From contig MNCI01002928.1 of assembly GCA_015680685.1 (NCBI GenBank), positions 147,857 through 211,856 of the forward strand: 64,000 nt of DNA, in the 5' to 3' direction. The translations under genes were made by a program, and so were the position numbers. Shown piece by piece: positions 14,076 through 26,639 of the stretch. The first letter of the stretch is position 1; each line of letters opens with the position of its first letter. The notes beneath the pieces were generated by a model that was not told the origin of the DNA, ran no database searches, and worked only from the letters and a program-made list of their open reading frames with translations. Source of the DNA: Gnetum montanum (taxonomy: Eukaryota; Plantae; Gnetophyta).

Positions 14076-16910
14076 ACTTATCTTTGGCTATAAATGTACA
14101 AATTTTGTAAATCACAAACACACTGTAACTGTAGGTCAACATTAAGCTCAAATATGGAGACTAAGATTTTCAATCAGTAATATTAATAGGATTATCTTAT
14201 CTTATAAATAGAAAAAATATTCCAAAGGTCATGAGCTTACAAGCAAAACATCATAATAAGTTCTAATTAAACAAGATTGAAAACATGATAAATATCAATA
14301 AGATAATGATCCAAAGGAAATCAAAATAAGTGCTACACATATTTTTTCATAGAGCCAATTATATCTAGATCAAAAATGAATGTAAGGGATGCTCTAAACA
14401 ATTATTCCACCATTTTTCAAGACAAATAATTTTGGACTTCAAATACCATTCTTATTAACTAGCAAGCAAAGAGAAGGAGACTACTATGATAAAAAATATT
14501 GATTGCTGGAGAAAACCAAGGATTATCAAGCATAGGTGGCCTCAACCCCAAATCCCCTAGGGCCTTCACAAAGAAAAATGGGATTTAGGGGGCCCTAGAC
14601 AGTCCGATAGATCACCCAGGAACTTAGGGGGGTGCAAAATGGGGATGTAATAAGAGTATAGAAATAAGCAAATTTATGAAATGATGCACTAAAATATAAC
14701 AATTATATATGAAATTGTACATAATATGGAATCATAAATTTTATTAAATAAACAAACAATGAGTTAAAAGATGTGTACAAAATTGGTGCCCAAGAGGGGG
14801 GGTAGAAGGGGATTCACTTGGGCAGGGGTTCAAAGTCCGTTGAAGCCACAATCAACTCCACGATCTAGTATCTCTATCACTCCTAATGCTATCAAACCTC
14901 CTTTGCCTTCTCCTTAGATCTATAATGCTATTTAATGTTGGGTGTTATGGAAATGTGAATGATTGGGATGGCCAAAGTGCATCGCATTGGGATTTGGTGA
15001 TCCTAGGGGGGTAACATTAATAACCAAAACTCACAAATCCAAAGAGGGGAGAATGAAAAGGGGTAACAAGTTGCAAGGGGTCTACATTGCTAGGTACCAA
15101 GGACCTACATTCTTTCCTAGGAAGTAAGAGCTCTTGAATGCCAAAATACCAAGGGTGCTAAATTGCCAAAGTATGTGATCTTGTCATGGTGCCAAGGTGT
15201 GGTTTTATAGGATTACATCCATGATTTCTACTGCAAATTGGATGCAAATGGCTAACTAATTGGCTTCAAATTGGCTGCCAAATTTTTAATTTATTGGTTG
15301 CAAATTTGCTAACATGATTTCTAAAAATTAGTTTAATGTTCACAGGGTAGGTGAGGTTCACCCCCCATGCATCCTAGTTGTCTGTCCACTCGATGCTATC
15401 TGACCCCCTATCACTAGAGGGGGGGGGGGGCACGGGGGATGTGGAACAATGTCAACATTGAGGGGTAATGAGTGATCAATACTCAAGATAAGGATTAACC
15501 CCCTTTAGGCTAGGTCACCTCCCTTTCCATGCTAGGGGGTAAGAGAGTTCTACCCCCCTTGCAGTCCTCCATGCTAGACTTAAAGTCTCCTAACTAGCTT
15601 ATCCCCCTATAGGATGTGTATCAATGTAAAGAAAAGTATATTTCCCCCCACATCCCCCACCCCTTTCCCCTCCCCCTACCACCCCCCAACTAATAAAACC
15701 CATTAAATTACCATTTTTGGCATTCCAAAAGGCATTTTTGACTCCCCCAAGTCCAAATATAGATACTAGGTGACTTTTTTCACTTGGGGAATGAGTCTCT
15801 AATCACTTATGAAGCAGTTTTAGCCTCAAAAGTATGAAACATGTGAGATTGCCTCTTTATGTGTTACAACCTTCACATTTATAATAAAGAATTGCCTTAG
15901 ATTTCTTGGGATGGGATCACAAAGGTTTCAACCTGCAAATTTGGTGGTGTTTCATTGGCCCCTATTTTTTGATGTTTGGAGGATTGACCTAAGAGGCACC
16001 AATAAAGAATACAAAACACCACTACTAGTCCACCATTAATGCTCCCTCTCTACACTTGATCTAGTCATGTCGAACCATGTCGAAGAGTGCTTGTGATGAT
16101 GGGATTGGATTATGATGAAGGAATGATAATGGTAGTTAGGAAGATGGTCATGGAGGTTAATAATGTATTACAAGTGTTGCCATCATGGCATTAGCATTGT
16201 GCTTACATATTTTCAAGTGTTGGTTGCTCAACAAATGCATTTGAAACACCACCCACTTCACTCCAAAATCTTTTCGACCAGTAGGCTTTGAGGCTTGTTT
16301 TGGCCATTTGGTTCCTTGACAACTTGCTTTTCCCTTTTCTTTTCTTTTTCTTTTTTTTTGGTCAAACCTTCATTGGGTTTCACTGCCAAGGCTAGTTTAA
16401 CATAGTGTTTCCATCAGGTGAATTGCATTACACTTAACAGACTTGAGAGTTATCCCACCAAAGGAGATGCATTACGCTTGATGGACTTAATAGTTTTTTC
16501 ACTAAATGAATTGTGTTACATCCAAGTGGACTTGAGGATGGAGCATTCTGAGGACATATCATTTAGGTATAGTGCATGAGTGACAAACATGAGTTAACAT
16601 TGTTGCTTGAGGTATGGAAGACTATAATTAGGCTACAGGGCTTGGCTCCAAGAGTGGTGTGAGAGGAAGAGTAATAGTACAAGCACTCTTGACACAGTAG
16701 GACAAACTTACCAAATCTTTCACATTGAGGTTACGTGATGATTTGCTACCATAATAAGTTGCACCTTTGTAATGGCTTTGGGATTCATCCTACAAACACA
16801 ACTCCAAGAGGACAAGAAAATGAATTTAAAAAAGCATGTTAAATCATTACAATGCATATATAGACCCCATGGAGAATGAAATGAAGCTATCTCAATCACC
16901 AATGTTTCCA

Positions 16911-17139
16911 GTTTAAGGCTATGATAGGCCATGGTACCAATTTAAGGCCTTGGTAAGTCATGTTGTTACCAATTTTAGGCCCTAGCAAGCCATGTTGCTA
17001 GTTTAAGGCCTCGATAGGCCATATTGCTAGTTTAAGGCCTTGGTAGGCAACATTGCTAGTTTAAAGCCTTAGTGGACCATGATGCTAGTTTAAAGCCTCA
17101 ATGGGTCATGATGCTAGTTTAAAGCCTCGATAGGCCATT
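16911..17139. repeat. ~29-bp tandem repeat (~8 copies) in the Tat element 3' UTR
   Basis: Unit approximately GTTTAAGGCCTCGATAGGCCATATTGCTA, head-to-tail with no spacers. Confidence 0.9.
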
Positions 17140-17171
17140 CTAGAGTAGTCTTACTTGTTGATGACCATTTG

Positions 17172-20100
17172 CTACATGTAATATGGCTTTAAATAGGAGT
17201 CATTGACCAAATTAGCTAGCTCATTCCTATTCATATCAGCTACCTTAAATGCTCCATTATCATAGGCTTTGGTGACAAAGAAAGGTCCCTTCCAATTGGC
17301 TAAGAATTTATCTACATGGTCGTAGATAGCTTTGAGGACTAAGTCACCTTCCTTAATCTTATGCTTGGTCAAGTTATGGTGGTATTTTTGTTTCTACCAC
17401 TCTTGATAATGTTCAATGTGAGAAAGTGCTTGCATACATTGCTCCTTCACTGAGTCTAGGGCCACCATCCAACACTCCTTGTTCTGCTCATCATTGTTGA
17501 AGTTAATCAAGGCTACTTAATGTGATGGCACCTACAATTCAAGAGGTAATATTGCTTCAAAATCATAAACTAAGTTATAAAGAGTTTCTCTAGTTGTTAT
17601 GTGATAGTTCATTCTATAGTCCCATAGTACATGGATAAGTTGTTCATGCCATTTAAACCTACTATTATTGAGAATCTTCTTTAGAAAATTGATAATGGCT
17701 TTGTTGCTTGCTTCTACTTGTCTGTTGGCCTAAGGACAATAAGGTGATGAGAAAGAATGGTTAATGCCTAGGTTATGATAGAAATATTTCATTTCATGAT
17801 TGTTGAATTATGGTCCATTATCTATAACTATGTTCATGGGTATGAAAAAATATGCTACAATGTTTTCTAAGATAAATTTGCAAACTTGTTCAAATGTAGT
17901 CTTCCTTAAGGGAATAGCCTCGACCCACTTAGTAAAGTATTTAGTTGTAGTGATGATGAGGCTATGAACTATAGAAGACTTGGGTGTTATAGGTCCAATA
18001 ATATCTAACCCCCATTGTTGAAATGGCCAAGTGATCTGAGTAATATGAAACTCTATTGGCGATACATGTATGAGGTTACTATGTCATTGGCACATGTCAT
18101 AATGCTTAAGATTTTGCATATAGTCACTTTTCATATGGGGCTAGTAGTAACCTAAGCACCTAATGTTAGCAACCATGGCTCTTGGTCCTATATGTCCTTC
18201 ACAAACACCCTTGTGAACCTCCTGTAGGACTATTTTGGCTTCAATTTTACTTAAGAAATTTAGTAATATACCATTATAGGGTTGTTGACATTATGTGTTA
18301 TCACCTATGATGACATATTGCTTCAATCTTTATCATACAATGTCCTTTTGTGTGATAGTTAGGCTTGCGAAGACTCACTATGATTAAGATAAATTTTGAT
18401 ATCATCAAACCACTCTCTGGTAGGAGCATTATGGATGATGCCTACAAAGGTATCCTTAGTGTTTTGTGTGATGGGAACAACACAATCCACGATTAAGGTG
18501 GGAAACTTATTGAACACATCTAGTTTCATAATAAGAGATAATGTTGCAATTGCATTGACTATCACATTCTGATTTTAAGGTACATGCTAGATATCAACGT
18601 CTGCAAACTATTGTGATAATTGTTTCCTTAGGTCATAGTATGGTTGTAAGTATTTGGCTTTACATGCATAGACTTCTATACTTGGTTAACCACAAGTTGG
18701 AAATCACCTTTAATCATTAAGCATCTAGTTCCTAAATCATGAGCTACCATCATTCCTCTAATCAAACCTTCATACTTTGTTATATTGTTAGTACATTGGA
18801 ACTTAAAATAATAGCAAAAAGGTTGGATTTGACTAGATGGAAATGTTATGATGGCAACAACACTAGCTGCATGGGTAGTTGAAGCTCTATCAAAGTGCAT
18901 GAGTGCCTCATAACACTCAAGTACTTAGCTAATAGTATTAATATGCTCATCGAGAAACTCAGGATCTATGGCTACTTGGTCATCAATAGGTGAAACGATA
19001 AGTTATATAGCTATAGCTCGACATTTAGTTGAAGAGTAAGAGATGTAACAAAGGTCAAACTTTGTAGTTATGGCTTTTCATTAGGCTATATAGCTACTCT
19101 CATTGATATTGATTATTACGACTCTAAGCATGTTATCTTTGTAAATGACATTGACTTGGCTTCTAAAGAGGTAGTATCTCTACTTCTTCAATGAGAAGAC
19201 TAGTGCCAGAGAATACTTTTCCACTTTGGTGTATCAAGTTTCATGGGCAACTAATGCATGGCTAAGATAGTATACTAGCATTTCCACTTCATCATCTCAT
19301 TTTTGATAGATTAGAGAGGCAATGGATGTGTCAGAGATGACTAAGTAGATGTAAAAAAGTCTACATTCTTGTAGAGGATAGACTGTTGGTAGTTGTGTTA
19401 ACTCTTTCTTAAGGTTTTCAAAGGCCTCTTGGCATTGAGCGATACACTTATAGTGAATCCCTTTCTTAGGAAAGTGTGGCATGGGTTGTAACTTATCCAT
19501 AAGCTTGACAATAAACCTAAAAATAAATTGTAATCTACTTTGCAATCCCCTAAGCTTCTTAAAGTTGGCAAGTGATGCTAATTTGGATATGATCTTAACC
19601 TTATCAAGATTTACATGTATCTCAACTTTAGATACCAAAAAGCCAAGCATCTTGCTAGTCTTAACACTGAAGACACACTTCTTAGGATTAAGCCCAAGCC
19701 CATATTTGAGGCACAATTTAAGCACAAGATCTAGATCATTACCTCTTTGGAATTAATGGCTATATCATCTATGTAATCATTAAGCAAGCTTAACATGTAA
19801 TTGCTAAAGATATAAGTCATGGCTTGTTGATAAGTTGCTCCTACATTCTTAAGGTTGAAGGACATCATTGTATAGAAAAAGGTCCCCAAAGGGGTCATGA
19901 AGGTTGTGCTAAGTTGGTGCTTTGGGTTGATCCTAATTTGGTTGTATCTTGAGAACCCATCCATAAATGACAATAAGGCATGTCTAGCTGTGGTATCAAT
20001 GAGCTAATCAATATGAGTAAATGGAAAGTCATCCTTAATAGTTGCTTTATTCATGTCTCAAAAATCAATGTAAATACAGATACTTCCATTTTTCTTAGGG

Positions 20101-20330
20101 ACTACCACTATATTGGAAACCAATTTTATGTAGTTGACAACCCTAATGAAACCAACTCAGTAGAGCTTCAAGATTTCATCATGAACTTCCAAGGCCAAAT
20201 CAGGTCTTATCTTATGTACTTTTTACTTAATTGGTATAATGCTAGGGTCCAATATGATGTTATGTTGTACTAAGTATGGGTCTACTCTTAGCATATCTTC
20301 GTATGACCAAGCAAAGGCCTTAATGTTACC
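17172..20330 (-). pseudogene. Tat/Ogre pol pseudogene (RT, RH, aRH, integrase) with many stops and frameshifts
   Basis: ORF-track fragments 19731-19973, 19297-19725, 18676-18900, 18359-18565 and 17172-17372 lie in the expected domain order. Confidence 0.9.
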
Positions 20331-21259
20331 TTGTGGGATTTTGGTGATGTCTTGAGCCTATTGAGGTTTCAATGAGGTTTTCTCCTTACCACTGTGTGTT
20401 GTAACAAGAACCTCAGCTAGAGAGTCTTCAATTATGCCACCTGCCTCTAAGTTAAGGGTTTTTACTAGGTTTTCACACCACTCTAAAGGTTTCTCTATTT
20501 AGGCTATGTAGTCAACAAGAGTCTCAGGCTCAAGATATAGGCAATTATGGTCAATATACAATTTTACATCACCATGAGGTCCATTTAGACTCAAAGGTAA
20601 ATTAATCAACTCCTAATTACTCATACTTTAATCTTTCATGTCAACCAAAAGCATATTAAGTGGCACCTAGGTAAAAATGAATAAATAATGCCAAAAAAGC
20701 TATAAAATTCATGCAAATACATGCTATTCTAGTGCAAACAAGGTCACCCAAGACTATAAAGCAGGCAAAAAAAGTGCACTAAGGGCTAAATAAAGGTCAA
20801 AAAATGGGGGAAATACAAGAAATAAGGCTACAACTGGCCAACAAGAATCATGGTTTTGTCAGTTTTGGAAGGCCATGATGCTAGTTTAAGGCCATAGCGA
20901 GCCATGGTCACATGATGCCAAACAATGGTTAGGGAAGCCCAAACCCCACTATTTGATTCCAATAAAAGGCTAAACATGAGCAAATAAAATAGATAAGGGA
21001 AGTATAAAGCTATGTAAAGGCTATAAAAAGGCTATAAGGGTCAATAATGCAACATAAGGTTAAAAAAGCAAGTTGAATCATACAATAAAGCATGTTATCT
21101 AGGGTCATTCATGGCTATTTATAAGTTAAAAGAGGATGAGTTTTGCTAGTTTTAGGCCTTAGTGGACCATGGTTCAGGGCTGTAGAGTAGTTAGATGGAT
21201 TTAGACATCAATAAGGGTTGTTTCTAGGCTATTTGGGCCTGAAAAACAAGAGTTTTAGA

Positions 21260-22339
21260 GCTTCTATGTTAAGCCCCCCTTGTTTCCATGCTGAGCTCCC
21301 CTTCTAGGGTAGTATGTTAGTCTAGAGGGTTCCAAGGGGCTAAGGTTTGATGCATTTTGTTCAGTTTTTGTGAATGTAGATGCATTCCTAGGATTGGTTG
21401 AGCTATGGGCATTGCCTAAGGTTAAAAGATATCAATTTTAAGGTCATTTGATGCATTTCCAAGGTTATCCCCTTGTTTCCACATTGAGCACATCCTCCAA
21501 CCCCCATGGGGGTGTGTCAGTGTGGAACATTTCAATGGGCTAATTTTTGACAAATTTTGAGTAGTTTTGAGCATGCATGTGCATTTCCAAGGTTGCTAGA
21601 CATCACCCAAGGTCAAATGTTGTTAATTTTAAGGCCATTTTATTAATGTTTTAGGTTACCCCCTTTTTTCCATGGTAAGACCCCTTTTCAAGGGGGTTGT
21701 GTCAATGTGGAGGATCCCAAGGAGCTGATTTTTGATAAATTTTAATCAGTTTTGGGCATGCATGTGCATTCCCAAGGTTGTTGGAGCTACTAGAAATTTC
21801 CCAACATCAAACATTGTCAATTTTAAGGTTGTTTAATAGGTTTTTTAGGTTACCCCCTTACTTCCATGTTGAGCCCCCCTCTAGGGGGTGTGTTAGCATG
21901 GAGGAATCCAAGGGGATGATTTTTGATGAATTTTGACCAATTATGGACATGCATGTGCATTCCTATGGTTACTAGAGCTACTGGGCATTGCCCAAGGTCA
22001 AAAGTTGTTTATTTTAAGATTTTTTTTATCATTTAATGGAGCTACCCCCTTACTTCCATGCTAAGAGCAGCACACANCATAGGGTTGTCGGAGCTGTTAG
22101 ACATTGCACAAGATCAAAATTTGTTAATTTCAAGGTTATTTTGTTGATATTTTAGGTTACCCCCTTGTTTCCATGCTAAGCCCCTCCTCTAGGGGAGGAA
22201 GACTCTAAACAACTGATTTTTGATGAATTTTGGCTAGTCTTGGGCATTCATGTGCATTCTCAAGGTTGCCGAAGTTGTTGGGCATCACCCAAGGTTATGC
22301 TTTATCAATTTTGAGGTTTGTAAATTGGCTTTAAAGGTT
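21260..22339. repeat. ~190-bp satellite-like tandem repeat (5-6 visible units) running into an N-gap
   Basis: Anchor (GGTT)ACCCCCTT(G/A)(T/C)TTCCATG recurs at ~21275, ~21465, ~21655, ~21848, ~22043 (short unit) and ~22155, with recurring GCATGTGCATTCC-AAGGTTG. Confidence 0.88.
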
Positions 22340-22983
22340 NNNNNNNNNNNNNNNNNNNNNNNNNNNNNNNNNNNNNNNNNNNNNNNNNNNNNNNNNNNNN
22401 NNNNNNNNNNNNNNNNNNNNNNNNNNNNNNNNNNNNNNNNNNNNNNNNNNNNNNNNNNNNNNNNNNNNNNNNNNNNNNNNNNNNNNNNNNNNNNNNNNNN
22501 NNNNNNNNNNNNNNNNNNNNNNNNNNNNNNNNNNNNNNNNNNNNNNNNNNNNNNNNNNNNNNNNNNNNNNNNNNNNNNNNNNNNNNNNNNNNNNNNNNNN
22601 NNNNNNNNNNNNNNNNNNNNNNNNNNNNNNNNNNNNNNNNNNNNNNNNNNNNNNNNNNNNNNNNNNNNNNNNNNNNNNNNNNNNNNNNNNNNNNNNNNNN
22701 NNNNNNNNNNNNNNNNNNNNNNNNNNNNNNNNNNNNNNNNNNNNNNNNNNNNNNNNNNNNNNNNNNNNNNNNNNNNNNNNNNNNNNNNNNNNNNNNNNNN
22801 NNNNNNNNNNNNNNNNNNNNNNNNNNNNNNNNNNNNNNNNNNNNNNNNNNNNNNNNNNNNNNNNNNNNNNNNNNNNNNNNNNNNNNNNNNNNNNNNNNNN
22901 NNNNNNNNNNNNNNNNNNNNNNNNNNNNNNNNNNNNNNNNNNNNNNNNNNNNNNNNNNNNNNNNNNNNNNNNNNNNNNNNNNN
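22340..22983. other. Assembly gap (N-run)
   Basis: Run of N. Confidence 1.
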
Positions 22984-25900
22984 TATGAATGGGGGTTACC
23001 TCCTTTTATTTTATACTGAAATAAACCACCCCCACAACCCCCCCTCCCCAAAGGAGGGATGAGCAATGGGGTACATCCAAGGTGACTATTTTATAAGAGT
23101 TTGATCCTCTTTTAGAGACTGGGATTGAATGGTGCAAGTAGAAACTGCTAAAAATGGAAAGAAAGTTAGCTTTTTATGTTTTTTAAGGGTGGAAGACATG
23201 CTTTAATGTTGAATATGGTACCCCCAATGTGAATGCATGTGGGTTGAGGATTGGGTGTGGTTCTATGTGTTGAAGGAATCAAGCCCCAACTTTGACATAG
23301 CTACCAACCCAAAAAGTAGCATGTGTGAGGACACAAGGTAAGGCCCATGGTTTTACAAATTTACAAAGTAAAAATTTAAGATAAAAAAAGGTATTTATTC
23401 CCATCCCCCCACCCCTCTTACTCCTAGCATGGAGGATACGTCCCCCTTGTAAACTTTAGTGTATGTGGAGTTGCCATACATAGCATTAGCAAGTAGGGGT
23501 TTGGGGTGGAAATGTTGGGTTTATGTGTTTTTAATGCCAAAACTTATGAAAACTCATCATAAGCTACCATTCTATCAATCAATGTAGTGGAGAAGAGCCT
23601 TTGCATTTATTTTGTAGTAGATCTTGTCAACCTTCAACATTAAAGCTTCTCTTCTCTCTTCTGGCTAGTGTTGAGGCTCTACCCTCTTCAGATTTCAAGT
23701 CCCCTCCCATCGTTGATCATCAATATGAAGAAAAATAGCAAAAATCCACACATTCAAGCATCAGATAAGGCTAAAAATGGTTTCTACCTTTCCCAAGGCT
23801 ATTTCCATCCAAGGGACCTCCTCACCAATTCCAAGGTAGGCCATTCTTTGCCTTTTCATGGTATTCTAGCTATTTTATTACTTTTCTTGATAGAAACATG
23901 CCATTTTTTCAAGATCTAGTCAAAAAGAGTCAATAAAGTGGAATTATAATGAAATCTGCCATCATTTTTTGGCCATTTTCATTTGGATCTAGGGCTATTT
24001 TGCTAATTTTTTCCTAGTTAAATAAGATTTTTAAAATTAGGCTTCCTTTTTCAAGTTTTTTTTCTAAAAATCTCATGTTGGGACTATTTTTCTTAGATCT
24101 AGGGCTAAGCATTCATTAAAATTAAATTATAATGACATCCTACCCCCATGCATTTTGTAATGGGTTGATGTTGGCTTGGCTATTTTGGCTATAATCTATG
24201 GTTATATAATGTTAGATTTGTATTTTTTTTATGCTTTTTGGTTAAAAAAAAAAGCAAGTTATATTGTGTATTTTTTATTAGAAAAATGGCTTAATTTTTG
24301 CAAACTTTAATGTTTTAGATTTTTTTTTATATTTAACCTTTGAAATGGCTATGTTCTTTTTTAATTTGGAGTTTTATTAGTCATGTTATGGCTATTTTGG
24401 TCTGGTCGTGCAATCAAGGGTTTGTGCTGTTTTTCAAATTTTCATCAACATTAATGAATTTTTTTATTTTTGTTTTTTGAAAAAATGGCTAGGGTTTTGA
24501 ATTTTTATTGAGCCTAGGTGCATAGGGATCAATTCAAAATTTCAAATGGTGGTGAAATCATTCCATTTGGAGCCTGAATAAATTTTTAATGAATTTTTTC
24601 CTAACCCTACATGAATGGGGATTGATGGTGACGATTATAGTTTTGTTATTTTTGGCTATGTTTTGTACAAGAATGGTTACATGTTTTTGGTTGTAATAGT
24701 CATGGTTAGAAAGTTCATGATTTCAAGGTTCCTTCTATGTGGAATCACTAAAATCAAAGCTAAGATGAATGTTTTATGAATTTTGTAATAAGGTTGTGTT
24801 AATTGGTCTAAATTTTGTTGTAGCAGTTTACCCCCTTAAGGATGGATGTGGTTGTCATAGTTGCCATTGTCAACCTCCAAGCTCCTAGGGATTATAAAGT
24901 ATGTTGTAAATTTTTTTTATGTGTTTTTTTAAAAAGGTTTTTACTATTTTTAGTAAGCTTTTAATTTATTCTTATTATGGCCATTTTTTCTATGTTCTGA
25001 TGCTTTTTCTATATGCATGTTTTGAGCTAAGGCATAATTTTGGTTGTGATGCTTTTATCATGATAATTTTGGCTATAAAGCCTAGGAGGGATTGCAATAA
25101 TATGTTTATTATTTATTTTTATTTTTTGTGAATTTTCTTAAGCAAATTTAAACCAACACCCTAGAGCTTTTTATGGGAGCTAATTTCACCCTCAACTAGA
25201 ATGTGTAAAATTTGTTAAGAAATTCTAATTGTTGAAAAATTATGCTAATGTTTTTTTATATATATACTTTCCCCCTGTAGGATCTTGCTCAAGCTGGTGC
25301 TCATTGTGGTTGAGCTGGTTGGCATTCTTTGCTTCCTCATTCAACCTACGAACCACATCCCTCTCCCTAACTAGACATTGGAAATGATGTCAGCATTGTT
25401 CCACCCAGGGGAAATGGATTTCCTTGCCTATCTTCTCCAACACTTTAGTGTGATGATGTGATCACACTTGTTTGAGGAGGTGGCTATAGTTATCATGAAG
25501 ACTTTCCTACCTCAGTCTACATGCCTGATTACTCAGTTTAGAACCGATGGACTAGAGACTCGAGGTGTAGGAGAGCTAGCAGATTTCATCAATTCATGGT
25601 ACCTTTCAAATATTTGGAGCATGCCATAGTATTCATTATACAACATGAATAATACTCTAATGGTGGCACAAAGATTCAACTCTTTATTCTAGAATCCTCC
25701 AAGAACTATGTATCAATTATAGGGATAAGCACAACTGTTATAGGTTTTAATATTTTGGTTTTATCTAGTTTAATCTTCTCTCTTCTAACTTGTTGGTTTT
25801 ATATGTGTCTTGTAGGTATAGGTTCAATGATCAAGGTTTGATCAAGAATGATCAAACCTTGATAGTGGCCCATACTTCATTGAATGAATAGGTAAGGGGG

Positions 25901-26639
25901 GAGCTTGATGAATATCCAACTAGATTTAACCTTGTTTACAAGAAGTGTGTGTCTACCAAAATTGTACATAGTTGGTGGATATCCCCTAAGGATATCAGAG
26001 ATATGGGTATTACTACTGGGGCCTCTACACAAGCTTCTCCAAGCAAGAAGAAGAAAAGTGAGAAATCAAGCATGTTGTTATGATAAAGATTTTATGATTA
26101 CTTAGGCTTTAATTGATTAATTACATTTTTATAGCTAAAACATAGTTGTATTGATGCCAAACACTTGTCTTTTGATTACAAGGCCTTCCACTTTTGCAGA
26201 TGTTATCATACCCCTCATCAAATGTTTTACGGAGAACCTCATGCTAAAGTTCAATGAGGTGGGACCAACATAGAAATGGTTAAGAGAGAATGCATTTGAA
26301 GACATTCAACTAAACATTGCTCATGTAGGTTTACTTAACATCTTCATGGTGCCCAACCCTATCATCTTTTCTACAAAGATGTTGAACATCATTGACTCTT
26401 TTAATGAAAGAGTCAAAGTATTTTGCACCATAGAATGGGGCCAATCTATTGCTATTTCCATTAGTGCATCTACCTTCCATGACTTATTTGGTGTTCTCAT
26501 TGACAAGATGATAGTCTCCACTAAACTGATGAAGGAGGTAGGCCATCATGTAGAGGTTCAGGAATGGCCTGATGCTACCAAGGGCCACTCTAGTCTTGCT
26601 TGCAGTAGCTTTACAAATCCTAATGCAAAAGGGTCTTAT

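Larger units (their letters stand above)
15625..22339 (-). mobile_element. Degenerate Tat-clade (Ogre/Retand-like) Ty3/gypsy element; RT-RH-aRH-INT, 5' part lost in the gap
   Basis: RT (MSFMDGFSRYNQI, YIDDI, LNPKKCVF) ~19300-20330; additional RNase H (MHFDRAS...CTNNITKYEGL...GDFQLVVNQV) 18676-18900; integrase (WPFQQWGLDIIGPI, YFTKWVEAIPL, KFLANWKGPF) 17172-18360. Candidate PPT TGCTCCCTCTCT at 16040-16051. Left boundary of the 3' LTR is uncertain. Confidence 0.85.

Noticed and set aside
14480-15620. Possible additional LTR ends (CAAAATGGGGATGTAATA at ~14636-14653; ...AATGTCAACA at ~15457) and a short inverted match of 15527-15548 to ~23413-23434
   Set aside because: Probably fragments of Tat/Athila LTRs, but no partner LTR, PBS or TSD could be fixed.
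16911-17139. CRISPR-like array of ~29-bp hairpin repeats
   Set aside because: Units are head-to-tail with no unique spacers, there are no cas genes, and the array lies in a plant retrotransposon 3' UTR.
22250-23066. ORFs of 270 and 253 aa
   Set aside because: Artefacts of translating through an N-gap.
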